Positions 30,801 to 39,144 of a DNA stretch of 64,000 nucleotides are shown here, piece after piece (position 1 is the stretch's first letter; the number at the start of each line of letters is the position of its first letter). Under the pieces are notes generated by a model that was not told the origin of the DNA, made no database searches, and saw nothing but the letters and a program-made list of their open reading frames with translations. The stretch is from a bacterium (GTDB taxonomy: Bacteria; Patescibacteriota; Minisyncoccia; UBA6257; 2-01-FULL-56-20), in assembly GCA_021780195.1 (NCBI GenBank), contig JAJXZE010000004.1, positions 1,584-65,583 of the forward strand, given 5' to 3'. The position numbers and the translations under genes are program-made.

Positions 30801-31390
30801 GCGCCCGATCCGCCCGAGAGAGAAGAGATCAAAGATCCCGCGCCCGGGTTGTCGGAAGCGAGGCTGACCGCGAGGCCAGTCGCCGGAGCGACCACCGTCG
30901 TGCCGGTCTGTGCGCCACCCGTCGTGCTACCCGTCGAACCGGTCGAGCCGGTGGAACCGGTCGTCGAACCGACGCTCAACGAGTTAACGAATGCCATGGT
31001 CTTGGGACCAAAGTATCCGGCCGCAGGAGCGATACCGTTCGCCGCCTGGTACTTCGCGAGGGCCGCCTGGGTCATAGGACCGAAGTAGTCCGTCGCGGCT
31101 ACGATCTTAAGGTATCCCTTGCTGATCAGGAGGTTCTGAAGCGCCGTTACGTCCGCACCCTTCGAACCAACGGTGAGGGCCTTGGTGAAGGAGTAGGAAG
31201 ACGTGGAGCCGGTGCTGGCAGAGCTCGTCCCGAGCTGGGCCTGCAACTGCTGAATCTGCTGAAGCAAAGCCGCGATCTGAGCCTGGAGGCTCGCCGTGGT
31301 CTGTGCATTAGCGAGAGGGAGAGTAGCGATCCCTACACCCCACACTACGGTGGAGATAGTGAGCGCTACCGTTACTAATTTTTTACTCAT
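27854..31390 (-). CDS. Giant secreted cell-surface protein: signal peptide, coiled-coil, peptidoglycan-binding (PG_binding_1-like) domain, about 1000 aa of Thr/Ser/Gly/Val/Asn-rich beta-type repeats
   Basis: MSKKLVTVALTISTVVWGVGIATLPLANA signal; QAQIAALLQQIQQLQAQL; GSKGADVTALQNLLISKGYL...YFGPMTQAALAKYQAANGI and a second ...YFGPKTMAFVNSL repeat; low-complexity remainder. Confidence 0.75.
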   Translation of the reverse strand: MSKKLVTVALTISTVVWGVGIATLPLANAQTTASLQAQIAALLQQIQQLQAQLGTSSASTGSTSSYSFTKALTVGSKGADVTALQNLLISKGYLKIVAATDYFGPMTQAALAKYQAANGIAPAAGYFGPKTMAFVNSLSVGSTTGSTGSTGSTGSTTGGAQTGTTVVAPATGLAVSLASDNPGAGSLISSLSGGSGAARVPVLSVNFTAGNAAGVTVSEVKFHKTGVLSDSSIAGAYLVQNGKVLYQYNSLNQGVIDFSGLSLNVPAGQTVELTLAIDVSGGLSAGNTAGFALNAATDVSAVDASNNTLTPTGTFPMNGGLFTVTNVQNPSLASLTITSSSVGNQVTAGTQNDLVAAWNISAVNSKVYLKSINFHVIGSANKGDIRNVKLMVNGTQIGQTLSTVGQDGTAYFDASANPGILNTGSNNVQVFADVMGSPSYNFQFEILNGYDVLAYDSQYNVPVTAGSNAGQLVSIQQGQSTITQDANTPTGNIAKGQSSITIAKFDVYAAGEAVKIKYLPFSLTFTGVNTLSGATSSALSSLIQNVSIVDDAGGQVGTTINQPPSANVIESGANTSVNLTSGGVMSTASVTYADSFGSSASPINYTIPANTTRVLSLRADIQSAANFTTVTGAILPGSNNLQGMISSAIGSTSGATGSALSLAASSLTVTASNALGNQNVAAGVSNLKIGSYAFTASSAEGVNINNVSIKMGGTSGASSFQNLKVVVNGAPFGSSQGTLTQGGIYAFSGSPFLVPKGGTVNVDVYADTLSSATSTASDISPATYLSGLSGTGATSFSAISLTTNAVPGQSLTFAGSSAVSIAADSSQPSATQLVMGSQGNTLAVYRLTETSNVENVKITDLTVTDTATSTASVTLPSFNNLSLYDSTGALLGTAGAATVVSTGTTSVYTYAFHFGTPILVPQANSTLITLKGDVASYSSQGATDNSTNVFSIATSTAAIALGNTSNKTATVSLSGVVAGNTQTVLRSAMTASAASTYQYSGSKAGSSQLGTVTLTANKAGSVQLKNLTLTFTGSGITASATTTSATSSYGSSVANYNSFLNSIVLKNSNQVDVATANGATATSTSGSNTITFTFSTSTAPLVISANQSVVLQLWGSTNAIPSLIVGNTAVNEAVSVSIQNATDLTYFDGTDSTAIAAGGVPLSVNAVPVTVANISVGQ

Positions 31391-31546
31391 TGTTAATTTA
31401 ATTTTTCGACAATTTTTAGGAGATATCGACCACTTGGCCGTCGACCTTTTATGTATTTGCTTTTTTAGGGACCGCCCTCTTCATCCTTTCCGCTCTCGCT
31501 ATGTGAGGTTGCGATGGCGGGAAGAAAGGAGAAAGCGGGATCGTTA

Positions 31547-31579
31547 TCAATAAAAGAAAAAACTCGCTTTTCGGGCGAG
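31547..31579 (-). terminator. Intrinsic terminator (minus strand) after the four-helix-bundle/HTH gene
   Basis: CTCGCCCGAAAAGCGAG followed by TTTTTTCTTTTATT on the minus strand. Confidence 0.5.
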
Positions 31580-31836
31580 GCTGATCGCGGGGAAACGGTA
31601 TGCCCAAAAGGCGCTCTCTCCGCACCGTTTCCGCATTCGGCTCAGCCTCACACTGAACCTTTCGGCTATCTTAGCATACTTCGCCGCGGAGGAAAAGGGT
31701 TCACGGAGAACGCCCCGATCGGCCTATTTTCCCACCTCAGCTAAGCACTATTTATAACGCCGACTCCCCGGAAAAGGTTACCCTGCGCCTGCGCCTATGC
31801 CTATGCCTGGGCCTATACCTTGGCCTGGGCCTACCA

Positions 31837-32556
31837 CTATATGTGGGCCTGCGTCTGCGCCTGGCGGAGCCGGTAGAAGACCGACGGGCCCCCTATCCCT
31901 ACCCTCTCCACCATATTCTGTTCCATGAGCGACTGGAGGTCATATCTGATTGTCCTTTCACTGCAATCCGGCAAAAGTTCCTGAATGTCCTTAATCCGGC
32001 AATTGCCGGATTGCCGGATTCGGTCGATAATCGCCGCTTGCCGGTTGCCGGATTTAACCACGGTGTGGTCGTTTGCCGGATTGCCGGATTCATTGCCGGT
32101 TGCCGGATTCGCCACGAATGATGCGGCAAGATCCCTCCTGCCGCCTGCCGGAATCACACTTTCAGGAAAGAGCGCCTCGCCGTGTGCAAAGATGTCGTCG
32201 AGTGCCACCTCTTCCGGAGTTGCCGCTTTTTCCGATCCGGCAATTCCGGCATTCATCGCCTGGAGCTCCCCGAGGACCGTTTCGGCGTTCGTTTCGTGGA
32301 GGAGGCCCACGTCGCTCCCGAACTTCACGAGATATTCTATGGCGCGGGACACCGTGCTCACCCAGGCGTAATTTTCAACCGCCGCGGCATCAAGGAGGGC
32401 GAGCGCCTGGCGTTCAAGGTGTTCTTTGAGGGCCACATTCGAGATCCGCGCGCCCACACGGAAGACGGCATAGCTGATCTCATACGCCTTCTTGAGGACG
32501 AACTGCCTTTTGCCGGTTTCCTGCATTAGCCGGAGTATAATCCGGCAATCCGGCAA
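31837..32556 (-). CDS. Fusion ORF: N-terminal four-helix-bundle protein (TIGR02436 / 23S rRNA IVS protein / DGR Avd family) joined by an SGNPA-type repeat linker to a C-terminal DeoR-type HTH (alternative start MQETGK at 32526)
   Basis: N-terminus QFVLKKAYEISYAVFRVGARISNVALKEHLERQALALLDAA...EYLVKFGS typical of four-helix-bundle proteins; C-terminus IIDRIRQSGNCRIKDIQELLPDCSERTIRYDLQSLMEQNMVERVG typical HTH_DeoR; linker encoded by TTGCCGGAT repeats. Confidence 0.55.
   Translation of the reverse strand: MPDCRIILRLMQETGKRQFVLKKAYEISYAVFRVGARISNVALKEHLERQALALLDAAAVENYAWVSTVSRAIEYLVKFGSDVGLLHETNAETVLGELQAMNAGIAGSEKAATPEEVALDDIFAHGEALFPESVIPAGGRRDLAASFVANPATGNESGNPANDHTVVKSGNRQAAIIDRIRQSGNCRIKDIQELLPDCSERTIRYDLQSLMEQNMVERVGIGGPSVFYRLRQAQTQAHI
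31985..32130. repeat. Array of 9-bp TTGCCGGAT/TTGCCGGTT units including a perfect 20-bp palindrome AATCCGGCAATTGCCGGATT; a second short copy lies at 32527-32560
   Basis: Read directly: ...aatccggcaattgccggattgccggattcgg...cttgccggttgccggattt...gtttgccggattgccggattcattgccggttgccggattcgcc... Confidence 0.6.
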
Positions 32557-32725
32557 AGGTCAAGCCGTTTGCCGCTTTTGAATAATTTAACACCTCTATG
32601 CCAATAAGCTTTCCGTCTGCATCATAATCCGCAATAAAATTCCCTTCGGCGACGGTTTTCTTTATGGCCCCGGTTGCGACCGTGAGGTAGAGAACGTCGG
32701 CGGCCGAATCTATGGATATTTTCAT
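32480..32725 (-). CDS. DUF2283 family small protein (3' end runs into the CCGGCAA repeat region and overlaps the next gene)
   Basis: MKISIDSAADVLYLTVATGAIKKTVAEGNFIADYDADGKLIGIEVLNYSK is the DUF2283 signature. Confidence 0.6.
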   Translation of the reverse strand: MKISIDSAADVLYLTVATGAIKKTVAEGNFIADYDADGKLIGIEVLNYSKAANGLTFAGLPDYTPANAGNRQKAVRPQEGV

Positions 32726-32726
32726 A

Positions 32727-33563
32727 TTAAATCTTTCTTAAAATTTTCTCCGCTTCCTGCAGTTTTTCGAGCGTGCCGCAATCAAAGTGCCTTCCTGGAA
32801 ACTCCCATCCGTAAAGCTTTTTGCCGAGGAGAAGTTCCACCTGGAGCGCTACCGCGAGCGGGAGGGCGTCCTGCGCGATCACGGGGAGCGTATCCACGAT
32901 GGCCGAGAGCGTGCGGAGTACGCCGGCCGTGAGTACGTAGCCGCCGATGATCGCGAGATTCGACGGCGCATCCTTGATCCCTGGTTTTTCCACGATCTTC
33001 ACGATGCGCCGGAGCGCGCCGGACGCGCAGGAAGTGCTGGTCGCCGCCGCGCCGCGAGAAGCCGCGCCGCTCCCCTTTCCGATCCCCACGATACCGAAGC
33101 GCGAAACCGCGCTTTTCGGCACGCGCTCGAGGAGGATCACGGGCGCCTGCGCGCGGTCGAACGCTCCGATGAGTCCGCGGAGGACCGGCGGCTCGCCGAT
33201 CAGCACGTCGTCGCAGAAGCGGACGGCGAACGGCTCGTTGCCGATGAGGTCGGCGGCCTGGACGATGGCGTGGCCGTTGCCGCCGGGCATCTCCTGGGTC
33301 CGCATCGCAAAAGAAAGCGCGGGGAATTTCTTCTCCGCGCGCTTCTTTATATATGAGGCAAACGCCCGCCGGTGCCGCGGGTTCACGATGAGGATCGCCT
33401 CCCTGATGCCGCTCAGGGCGGCTTCCTCCAGTACGTATTCAATGAGGGGCTTCCCGTTGACCCGCACGAGGTTCTTCGGCGTGCGGGCCGTGAGCGGCAT
33501 GAGGCGCGTGCCGAGGCCCGCCACGGGAAGGACAAGCTTGGTCACTTTCTTCGTGGAAGTCAT
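32727..33563 (-). CDS. Sugar-1-phosphate nucleotidyltransferase (UTP--glucose-1-phosphate uridylyltransferase-like)
   Basis: N-terminal LPVAGLGTRLMPLT...K nucleotidyltransferase motif; 278 aa. Confidence 0.75.
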   Translation of the reverse strand: MTSTKKVTKLVLPVAGLGTRLMPLTARTPKNLVRVNGKPLIEYVLEEAALSGIREAILIVNPRHRRAFASYIKKRAEKKFPALSFAMRTQEMPGGNGHAIVQAADLIGNEPFAVRFCDDVLIGEPPVLRGLIGAFDRAQAPVILLERVPKSAVSRFGIVGIGKGSGAASRGAAATSTSCASGALRRIVKIVEKPGIKDAPSNLAIIGGYVLTAGVLRTLSAIVDTLPVIAQDALPLAVALQVELLLGKKLYGWEFPGRHFDCGTLEKLQEAEKILRKI

Positions 33564-33626
33564 ATGTCCTCCTTATGATACCTCAATTTAATGATTTTTT
33601 AATCTCCCTTGTGCTATGCTCGCGGT

Positions 33627-34223
33627 ATGGAATATATCATACGTCTTGCGATAGATTACTTCCCACCGATATCCTGGTATACGACGGCGGCCGCGGCGCT
33701 TGTCCTCGCCACGGTAAAAATACATTCTTTCTATATCAAAACCACGGCCCATCATGCCGAAGTTCCTTCCATAAAAGATCTCCTCGAGCACATCGACAAG
33801 GGCCTGGCTACTCTTAACAACGTTCTTCTCGAAAAAAATATCATCAGTCATTCATGCTATTCAGGGAATCGAAGCCCCCGCACGATCAATGCCCTGGGTA
33901 CGCAGCTCATGAAGGAAAGCGGCGCAGAGATCATCTTCCACGCCCAGAAAGAACGCCTTGCCGCGGAGCTCGCGGCGAAGCACGCCGCCTCTCTCCTCCA
34001 GCTCGAAAGGGAAGCCCTCAACGTGATGATCGCGCATCGTGATGACCCCGCGTTTCTGCCACTCCAGGACTTCGTCTATCGGCATCCGATGTTCGACGGA
34101 ACGCCGCTCACGTATACCGACCTTCTTTTCGTGATGGCACTTATCCTGCGGGACTATTGTTCGACACCGGATTCGGCGCCGGAGTATCCCGCTACATCCC
34201 CCAGCGGGCGGACGCAAGCGTGA
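33627..34223 (+). CDS. Hypothetical protein
   Basis: ORF only; moderate GC; no motif recognised. Confidence 0.35.
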   Translation: MEYIIRLAIDYFPPISWYTTAAAALVLATVKIHSFYIKTTAHHAEVPSIKDLLEHIDKGLATLNNVLLEKNIISHSCYSGNRSPRTINALGTQLMKESGAEIIFHAQKERLAAELAAKHAASLLQLEREALNVMIAHRDDPAFLPLQDFVYRHPMFDGTPLTYTDLLFVMALILRDYCSTPDSAPEYPATSPSGRTQA

Positions 34224-34929
34224 TCACGAGGAGCGCAAAGACCGCCGTCGCGGCGGTCAGAAGCTTTTCGCGCGCCACGCCGCCCATGAGATGCGCGGGC
34301 ACGAGCTCTATAATGAGCGTCGACGCAAGAAACGCGACCACGGTTTGATAGACGAAATCGAGCGGCAGGAAAAGCGCCGCGATCATGACCTGCCAGAAAA
34401 GAAGGAAGGAGAGCCATACCGACGCCCGCGCCACGGCGCGCGCGCCCGCATCCGGTACGGCGATGTCCTCGTCAAAATAGCGGAGATAGCTCCGGAGAAG
34501 AAGGGCGAGCGTTCCCGCCGCGGGAATCACCCACCACATCACGGCGCCCGTGAAGGGGCCGCCATTCCACGCCGTATAAAATTCGCGGAGCAGGAGGAAG
34601 GAGAGCATGAGCACCAGGAACTCGTACGCCGACCGCCGATCGATCACGATAAGGGCGCGGATAAGAAGGATGAGATAGAAGATCGCGCCGAAGATGACCG
34701 CCGCGAGCGCGCCCTGCGCCTCGAAGAACGATACGGCGAGCAGGACGAAAAATGGCACGGCGAGACGCCGTGTCTGCCCGCCCTGGAAGGCCGGGACGGC
34801 ATAGAGCCAGAGCGCGATAAGGAAAAAGAGCCAGTAGGGCAGGACGAGCCACGCGCCCGCGAAGACGGCCGCCCTAAGGGCTAAAGACCAGTGAATCCGC
34901 TTTGAAATTGACCTTAACTTTTCCTCCAT
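34192..34929 (-). CDS. Hypothetical polytopic membrane protein
   Basis: Six to seven hydrophobic segments; start placed at MEEKLRS. Confidence 0.45.
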   Translation of the reverse strand: MEEKLRSISKRIHWSLALRAAVFAGAWLVLPYWLFFLIALWLYAVPAFQGGQTRRLAVPFFVLLAVSFFEAQGALAAVIFGAIFYLILLIRALIVIDRRSAYEFLVLMLSFLLLREFYTAWNGGPFTGAVMWWVIPAAGTLALLLRSYLRYFDEDIAVPDAGARAVARASVWLSFLLFWQVMIAALFLPLDFVYQTVVAFLASTLIIELVPAHLMGGVAREKLLTAATAVFALLVITLASARWGM

Positions 34930-37567
34930 CTTTGAATTCGCCGCGGATGATCTTGTCCGCCAGCCTATCAAGAATAACCTTCTGGATGAGACGCTTCAAG
35001 GGCCGCGCCCCGAACTCCGCGTTGAATCCCTCTTTCGCGAGGTATTCGCGCGCCGCGGGATCGATCGCGAGCGTGATGCCGCGGCCTTCGAGCTTCTTCT
35101 CGATCAACCCGATCTGGAGATCGACGATCTTTTCAATGTCCTTCCTGCGGAGCGGGTTGAAAATCACGATGTCGTCGATGCGGTTTAGGAACTCAGGGCG
35201 GAAGCTCGTCTTGAGGGCCTCCATCACTTTGTCGCGGTAATCCCCTTCCTCTCCGCCGGCGGCGCCCGCGCCTTCCGCGCTGAAGCCGATGCGGGACATG
35301 GCCTTCAGGTACTGACTCCCGACGTTCGAGGTCATGATGATGATCGTGTTCTTGAAATTCACCGTCTTTCCTTTGCTGTCCGTGAGGCGGCCGTTGTCGA
35401 GCACCTGGAGGAGGAGGTTGAAGACCTCGGGGTGCGCCTTTTCTATCTCGTCAAAAAGGATCAAACTGTACGGCCGGTGGCGGACAGTCTCCGTGAGCTG
35501 GCCGCCCTCCTCGTGACCCACGTAGCCCGGAGGGGAGCCGATGAGACGCGCCGTCGCGTGGCGCTCCATGTATTCGGACATGTCGACGCGCACGAGCGCC
35601 TTGTCGTCGTTGAACATGAACTCGGCGAGCGCCTTCGCAAGCTCCGTTTTTCCGACGCCCGTGGGGCCGAGGAACATGAATGAGCCGATGGGACGGTTCT
35701 CGTCCGCAAGCCCGGCGCGCGAGCGCCGCAGGGCCGATGCTACCGCCGTGATCGCCTCCTCCTGGCCAACCACGCGGCCGCCCAGAACCTCTTCTATCTT
35801 CACGAGCTTCTCGGCATCCGATTCGAGCATGCGCTTCAGGGGGATTCCGGTCCAGACCGAAACCACGGCCGCGACGTCTTCCTTGTCCACCGCCTCCTTG
35901 AGGAAACGGTCGTCCGCATCGCTCCCGCTGTCCGCGCTCCCGGTTCCCGCGCCCGCGACGCTCGCGCCCGCCTTCCCACGCCGTGCCTTCGCCGCGCCGA
36001 AGTTCTTCTTCTCGAACATCTGGAAGTCCTTCTCCGCCTGCGGCAGTTCGCCGTACGTGATCTTTGCCACGCGTTCGAGATTTCCCTCGCGTTCCGCCAC
36101 CTCGGCCTCACGCTTCAGGTTCTCCACTTTCTGCCGGAGCTGGTGCAGGGTCTCAAACTTGATCTTCTCCGCATGCCATTTCCCGGAAAGCTCGTCGTTT
36201 TCCTCCTTGAGCTTCACGAGTTCCTTATCGATCTCCTTCATGCGATCCTTGGCCTTGCCCTCCTTCGCGAGCGCCTGCTTCTCCACCTCGCGCCGCGTGA
36301 TCTCGCGCCGGAGGGTGTCGATCTCCTTCGGCAAACTCTCCGATTCCAGGCGGCGGGCGGCGGCGGCTTCGTCGATCAGATCCACCGCTTTGTCCGGCAG
36401 GAAGCGGTCGGTGATGTAGCGCGCGGAAAGATTCACCGCTTCGACGATCGCGTCGTCCGAGATCCGCATCCCGTGGTGAATTTCGTATTTCTCCTTGAGA
36501 CCGCGGAGGATCGCGATTGAATCCTCGATCGAGGGCTCCTCGACCATGATGGGCGCAAAGCGGCGCTCGAGGGCGGCGTCCTTCTCGATGTATTTCTGGT
36601 ATTCGCGGATGGTCGTCGCACCGATCGCGTGCAGTTCGCCGCGCGCAAGAGCCGGCTTCAGGAGGTTCGAAGCGTCGATCGCTCCCTCGGCCGCACCCGC
36701 GCCTACGATCGTATGGATCTCGTCGATGAAAAGAATGATCTGGCCCTGCGCGTTCTTTACCTCCCGCATGAACGCCTTCAGGCGATCCTCGAATTCGCCG
36801 CGGAACTTGGTGCCGGCGATGAGGGAGCCGAGGTCGAGCATCAGTACCTGCCGTCCCTTCAGGGGCTCGGGAACGTCGCCCGACGCGATGCGCTGAGCAA
36901 GGCCCTCCACGATGGCGGTCTTCCCGACGCCCGGCTCGCCGATGAGACAGGGATTGTTCTTGGTGCGGCGCGAAAGGACCTGCATGAGGCGCCGCAGTTC
37001 GTCCTCGCGTCCGATCACGGGATCGAGCTCCCCCGCCTTCGCCTTATCGCTCAGGTTGATGGAGTATTTCTCGAGCACCTGAAACTTGCTCTCCGGCGTC
37101 TCGTCCGTCACGCGCATCGTGCCGCGAAGCTGGGCGAGGATCCGGACGACTGCGTCGCGCTTCACGCCGAATTTCTCGAGCACCGTCCGCGCCGCCCCCT
37201 GGATTTCGAGGAGGGCGAGCAGGAGATGCTCGCACGAAACGAACTCATCCTTCTGCTGGGCCGCGATCTTCGCCGCCTGGTCGAGCACCTTCATGAGCTC
37301 GGTCGAAAGATAGAGCTGACCGACGTTCGAGTTCGAGGCGAGGATGGGCGGGATGCGGTCGAGTTCGAAGTCGATCTGCTCGTCCATCTTGTCGAGGTTC
37401 ACGCCGGAACGCTCGAGGACGGGGATCACGAGCGACTGCTCGTCCTCCATAAGCGCGGCGAGAAGGTGGAGCCCCTTCAGCTCGCCGTGGTTCTTCCGCG
37501 CGGCGATCTCCTGGGCATTCTGCAGGGCCTCCTGGGCTTTGATGGTGAATCGGTGAAAGTTCGGCAT
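34874..37567 (-). CDS. clpB: ATP-dependent chaperone ClpB
   Basis: 897 aa, Clp N-domain, two AAA+ modules ([16 protein letters not shown]), long coiled-coil middle domain. Confidence 0.9.
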   Translation of the reverse strand: MPNFHRFTIKAQEALQNAQEIAARKNHGELKGLHLLAALMEDEQSLVIPVLERSGVNLDKMDEQIDFELDRIPPILASNSNVGQLYLSTELMKVLDQAAKIAAQQKDEFVSCEHLLLALLEIQGAARTVLEKFGVKRDAVVRILAQLRGTMRVTDETPESKFQVLEKYSINLSDKAKAGELDPVIGREDELRRLMQVLSRRTKNNPCLIGEPGVGKTAIVEGLAQRIASGDVPEPLKGRQVLMLDLGSLIAGTKFRGEFEDRLKAFMREVKNAQGQIILFIDEIHTIVGAGAAEGAIDASNLLKPALARGELHAIGATTIREYQKYIEKDAALERRFAPIMVEEPSIEDSIAILRGLKEKYEIHHGMRISDDAIVEAVNLSARYITDRFLPDKAVDLIDEAAAARRLESESLPKEIDTLRREITRREVEKQALAKEGKAKDRMKEIDKELVKLKEENDELSGKWHAEKIKFETLHQLRQKVENLKREAEVAEREGNLERVAKITYGELPQAEKDFQMFEKKNFGAAKARRGKAGASVAGAGTGSADSGSDADDRFLKEAVDKEDVAAVVSVWTGIPLKRMLESDAEKLVKIEEVLGGRVVGQEEAITAVASALRRSRAGLADENRPIGSFMFLGPTGVGKTELAKALAEFMFNDDKALVRVDMSEYMERHATARLIGSPPGYVGHEEGGQLTETVRHRPYSLILFDEIEKAHPEVFNLLLQVLDNGRLTDSKGKTVNFKNTIIIMTSNVGSQYLKAMSRIGFSAEGAGAAGGEEGDYRDKVMEALKTSFRPEFLNRIDDIVIFNPLRRKDIEKIVDLQIGLIEKKLEGRGITLAIDPAAREYLAKEGFNAEFGARPLKRLIQKVILDRLADKIIRGEFKDGGKVKVNFKADSLVFSP

Positions 37568-37772
37568 GTGGTTATCTCTTTATTATACCCGTTTCAGGGT
37601 ATTTTAGTTTCACCGGCCGCGATTGTCAATCTCAATGGGAGATTGCCAATGGCAATGAATCATTAAATAATCATTTCTCGCGCATGTCCACACACGGCCG
37701 CCTTTCGAGCAACGAAGCGGGTGCAAATCCCGCCGGGTCCGCGGTGCCGCGGCCGCACCGGCTATACATTCC

Positions 37773-39056
37773 TTACGTCCCCGCCGGGCGCTTTCCGAGC
37801 GCCACTTGGAGCGTGATGATCTTCCCGCCGCGGTTCACGGTGAGCGCCACCCTATCCCCCACGTTGTGCTCCGCGATCACGTCTCCCAGAAGATGGTTCT
37901 CATCGATCACCTGCCCGTCCACCTGCGTGATGATGTCCTCCGCCTGGATGCCGGCCTGCGCCGCGGGCGAGTTCGGCTCCACCGCGGGGCCGGCGGCAGA
38001 ACCGCGCACGAGCGCGCCTTCGGTTACGGGAAGATTCTGCGCTTTCGCGATGCTCGGCGTCAATTCGAGATACCGCACGCCGAGATACGGCGTCTCGATC
38101 GAGCCCGACGATTCCACGGAGGCGATGTCATGCTTCGCGCGATTGATGGGAATCGCGAAGCCGATATTCTGCGCTCCCGACGCGACCGCGGTGTCGATGC
38201 CGACCACCTCGCCCCTCAGATTAAGGAGCGGCCCGCCGGAATTCCCGGGATTGATCGCGGCGTCCGTCTGGATGACGCCCTGGATCGTTTCCTGATTCTG
38301 GCCGCCGCCGACCGGACCCTGGGCCGTCACGGTGCGCGAGAGGCCGGAGATGACGCCCACCGAAACCGTATTGCTGAACTGGCCGAGCGCGTTCCCGATC
38401 GCGATCGCGGTCTGCCCGAGCTCAAGGCTGTCCGAATCGCCGAGGGTGACCGTCGGGAGGCCCACCGCATCGATCTTCACGACCGCGAGGTCCTGGTTCG
38501 GATCGCGCGCGAGGACCTTCGCGGGATATTTCGTGCCGTCGTTCGTGATCACGGTGTACGAGGCATTCGTATCGGAGACCACGTGCTTGTTCGTAAGGAT
38601 GAGGCCGTCAGGAGAAACGATGAATCCGCTCCCGCCACCCACCTGCTGGAGCTGGGTCTTCCCCGTATCGCACGGCTGGGTGAAAGTCGCCCCGCCGGTC
38701 CCGCCGAAGAACTGCTGGAACTCCGGAGGAAGATTGCCGAACGGGTTGTACGGGCACTGCTCGACGACGGGCACGTTCTTCGAAATGACGATCGAGACCA
38801 CGGCGGGCGTCGCCTTCTTCACGCTGTCCACCACGGCCTGTTCGTAGCTCACGACCGGCTGGTACAACGGGGTCGTGGACGAGACGGAAGAGGCGGCGGG
38901 CTTATTCGACACGCTGAACGGCGCGACGAGGTTATTGAGAAAATCGGTGAAGGCGTTGGCGTGTGCCGTGGGTGCCTCGACCCCCGCGCCGAGGAAAAGC
39001 CCCACGAGGAGCGCCGCGCCGATGACTGCCAGGGTTTTCTTTCGTTCCGAATCCAT
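37773..39056 (-). CDS. HtrA/DegP-family serine protease with PDZ domain
   Basis: GSGFIVSPDGLILTNKHVV, GNSGGPLLNLRGEVVGI catalytic motifs; C-terminal PDZ. Confidence 0.85.
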   Translation of the reverse strand: MDSERKKTLAVIGAALLVGLFLGAGVEAPTAHANAFTDFLNNLVAPFSVSNKPAASSVSSTTPLYQPVVSYEQAVVDSVKKATPAVVSIVISKNVPVVEQCPYNPFGNLPPEFQQFFGGTGGATFTQPCDTGKTQLQQVGGGSGFIVSPDGLILTNKHVVSDTNASYTVITNDGTKYPAKVLARDPNQDLAVVKIDAVGLPTVTLGDSDSLELGQTAIAIGNALGQFSNTVSVGVISGLSRTVTAQGPVGGGQNQETIQGVIQTDAAINPGNSGGPLLNLRGEVVGIDTAVASGAQNIGFAIPINRAKHDIASVESSGSIETPYLGVRYLELTPSIAKAQNLPVTEGALVRGSAAGPAVEPNSPAAQAGIQAEDIITQVDGQVIDENHLLGDVIAEHNVGDRVALTVNRGGKIITLQVALGKRPAGT

Positions 39057-39144
39057 GCGCGTATGATGGCGTTAACCGTTTTGCCTATGTATTACAACGC
39101 CCCGCGAAAAATATTTCATCGTCGCGCCGTGCCGCGCGCCGCCT

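Noticed and set aside
27854-32556. Diversity-generating retroelement (Avd-family four-helix-bundle gene next to a giant surface protein)
   Set aside because: No reverse transcriptase (no YxDD-containing ORF) anywhere in the window, and no recognisable TR/VR near-identical repeat pair. A whole-genome search would be needed to exclude a trans-acting RT.
32480-32725. DUF2283 as part of a toxin-antitoxin pair
   Set aside because: No adjacent small partner gene (e.g. DUF4258/RelE-like). The upstream neighbour is a nucleotidyltransferase and the downstream is the four-helix/HTH fusion, so it is treated as a solo or remnant gene.
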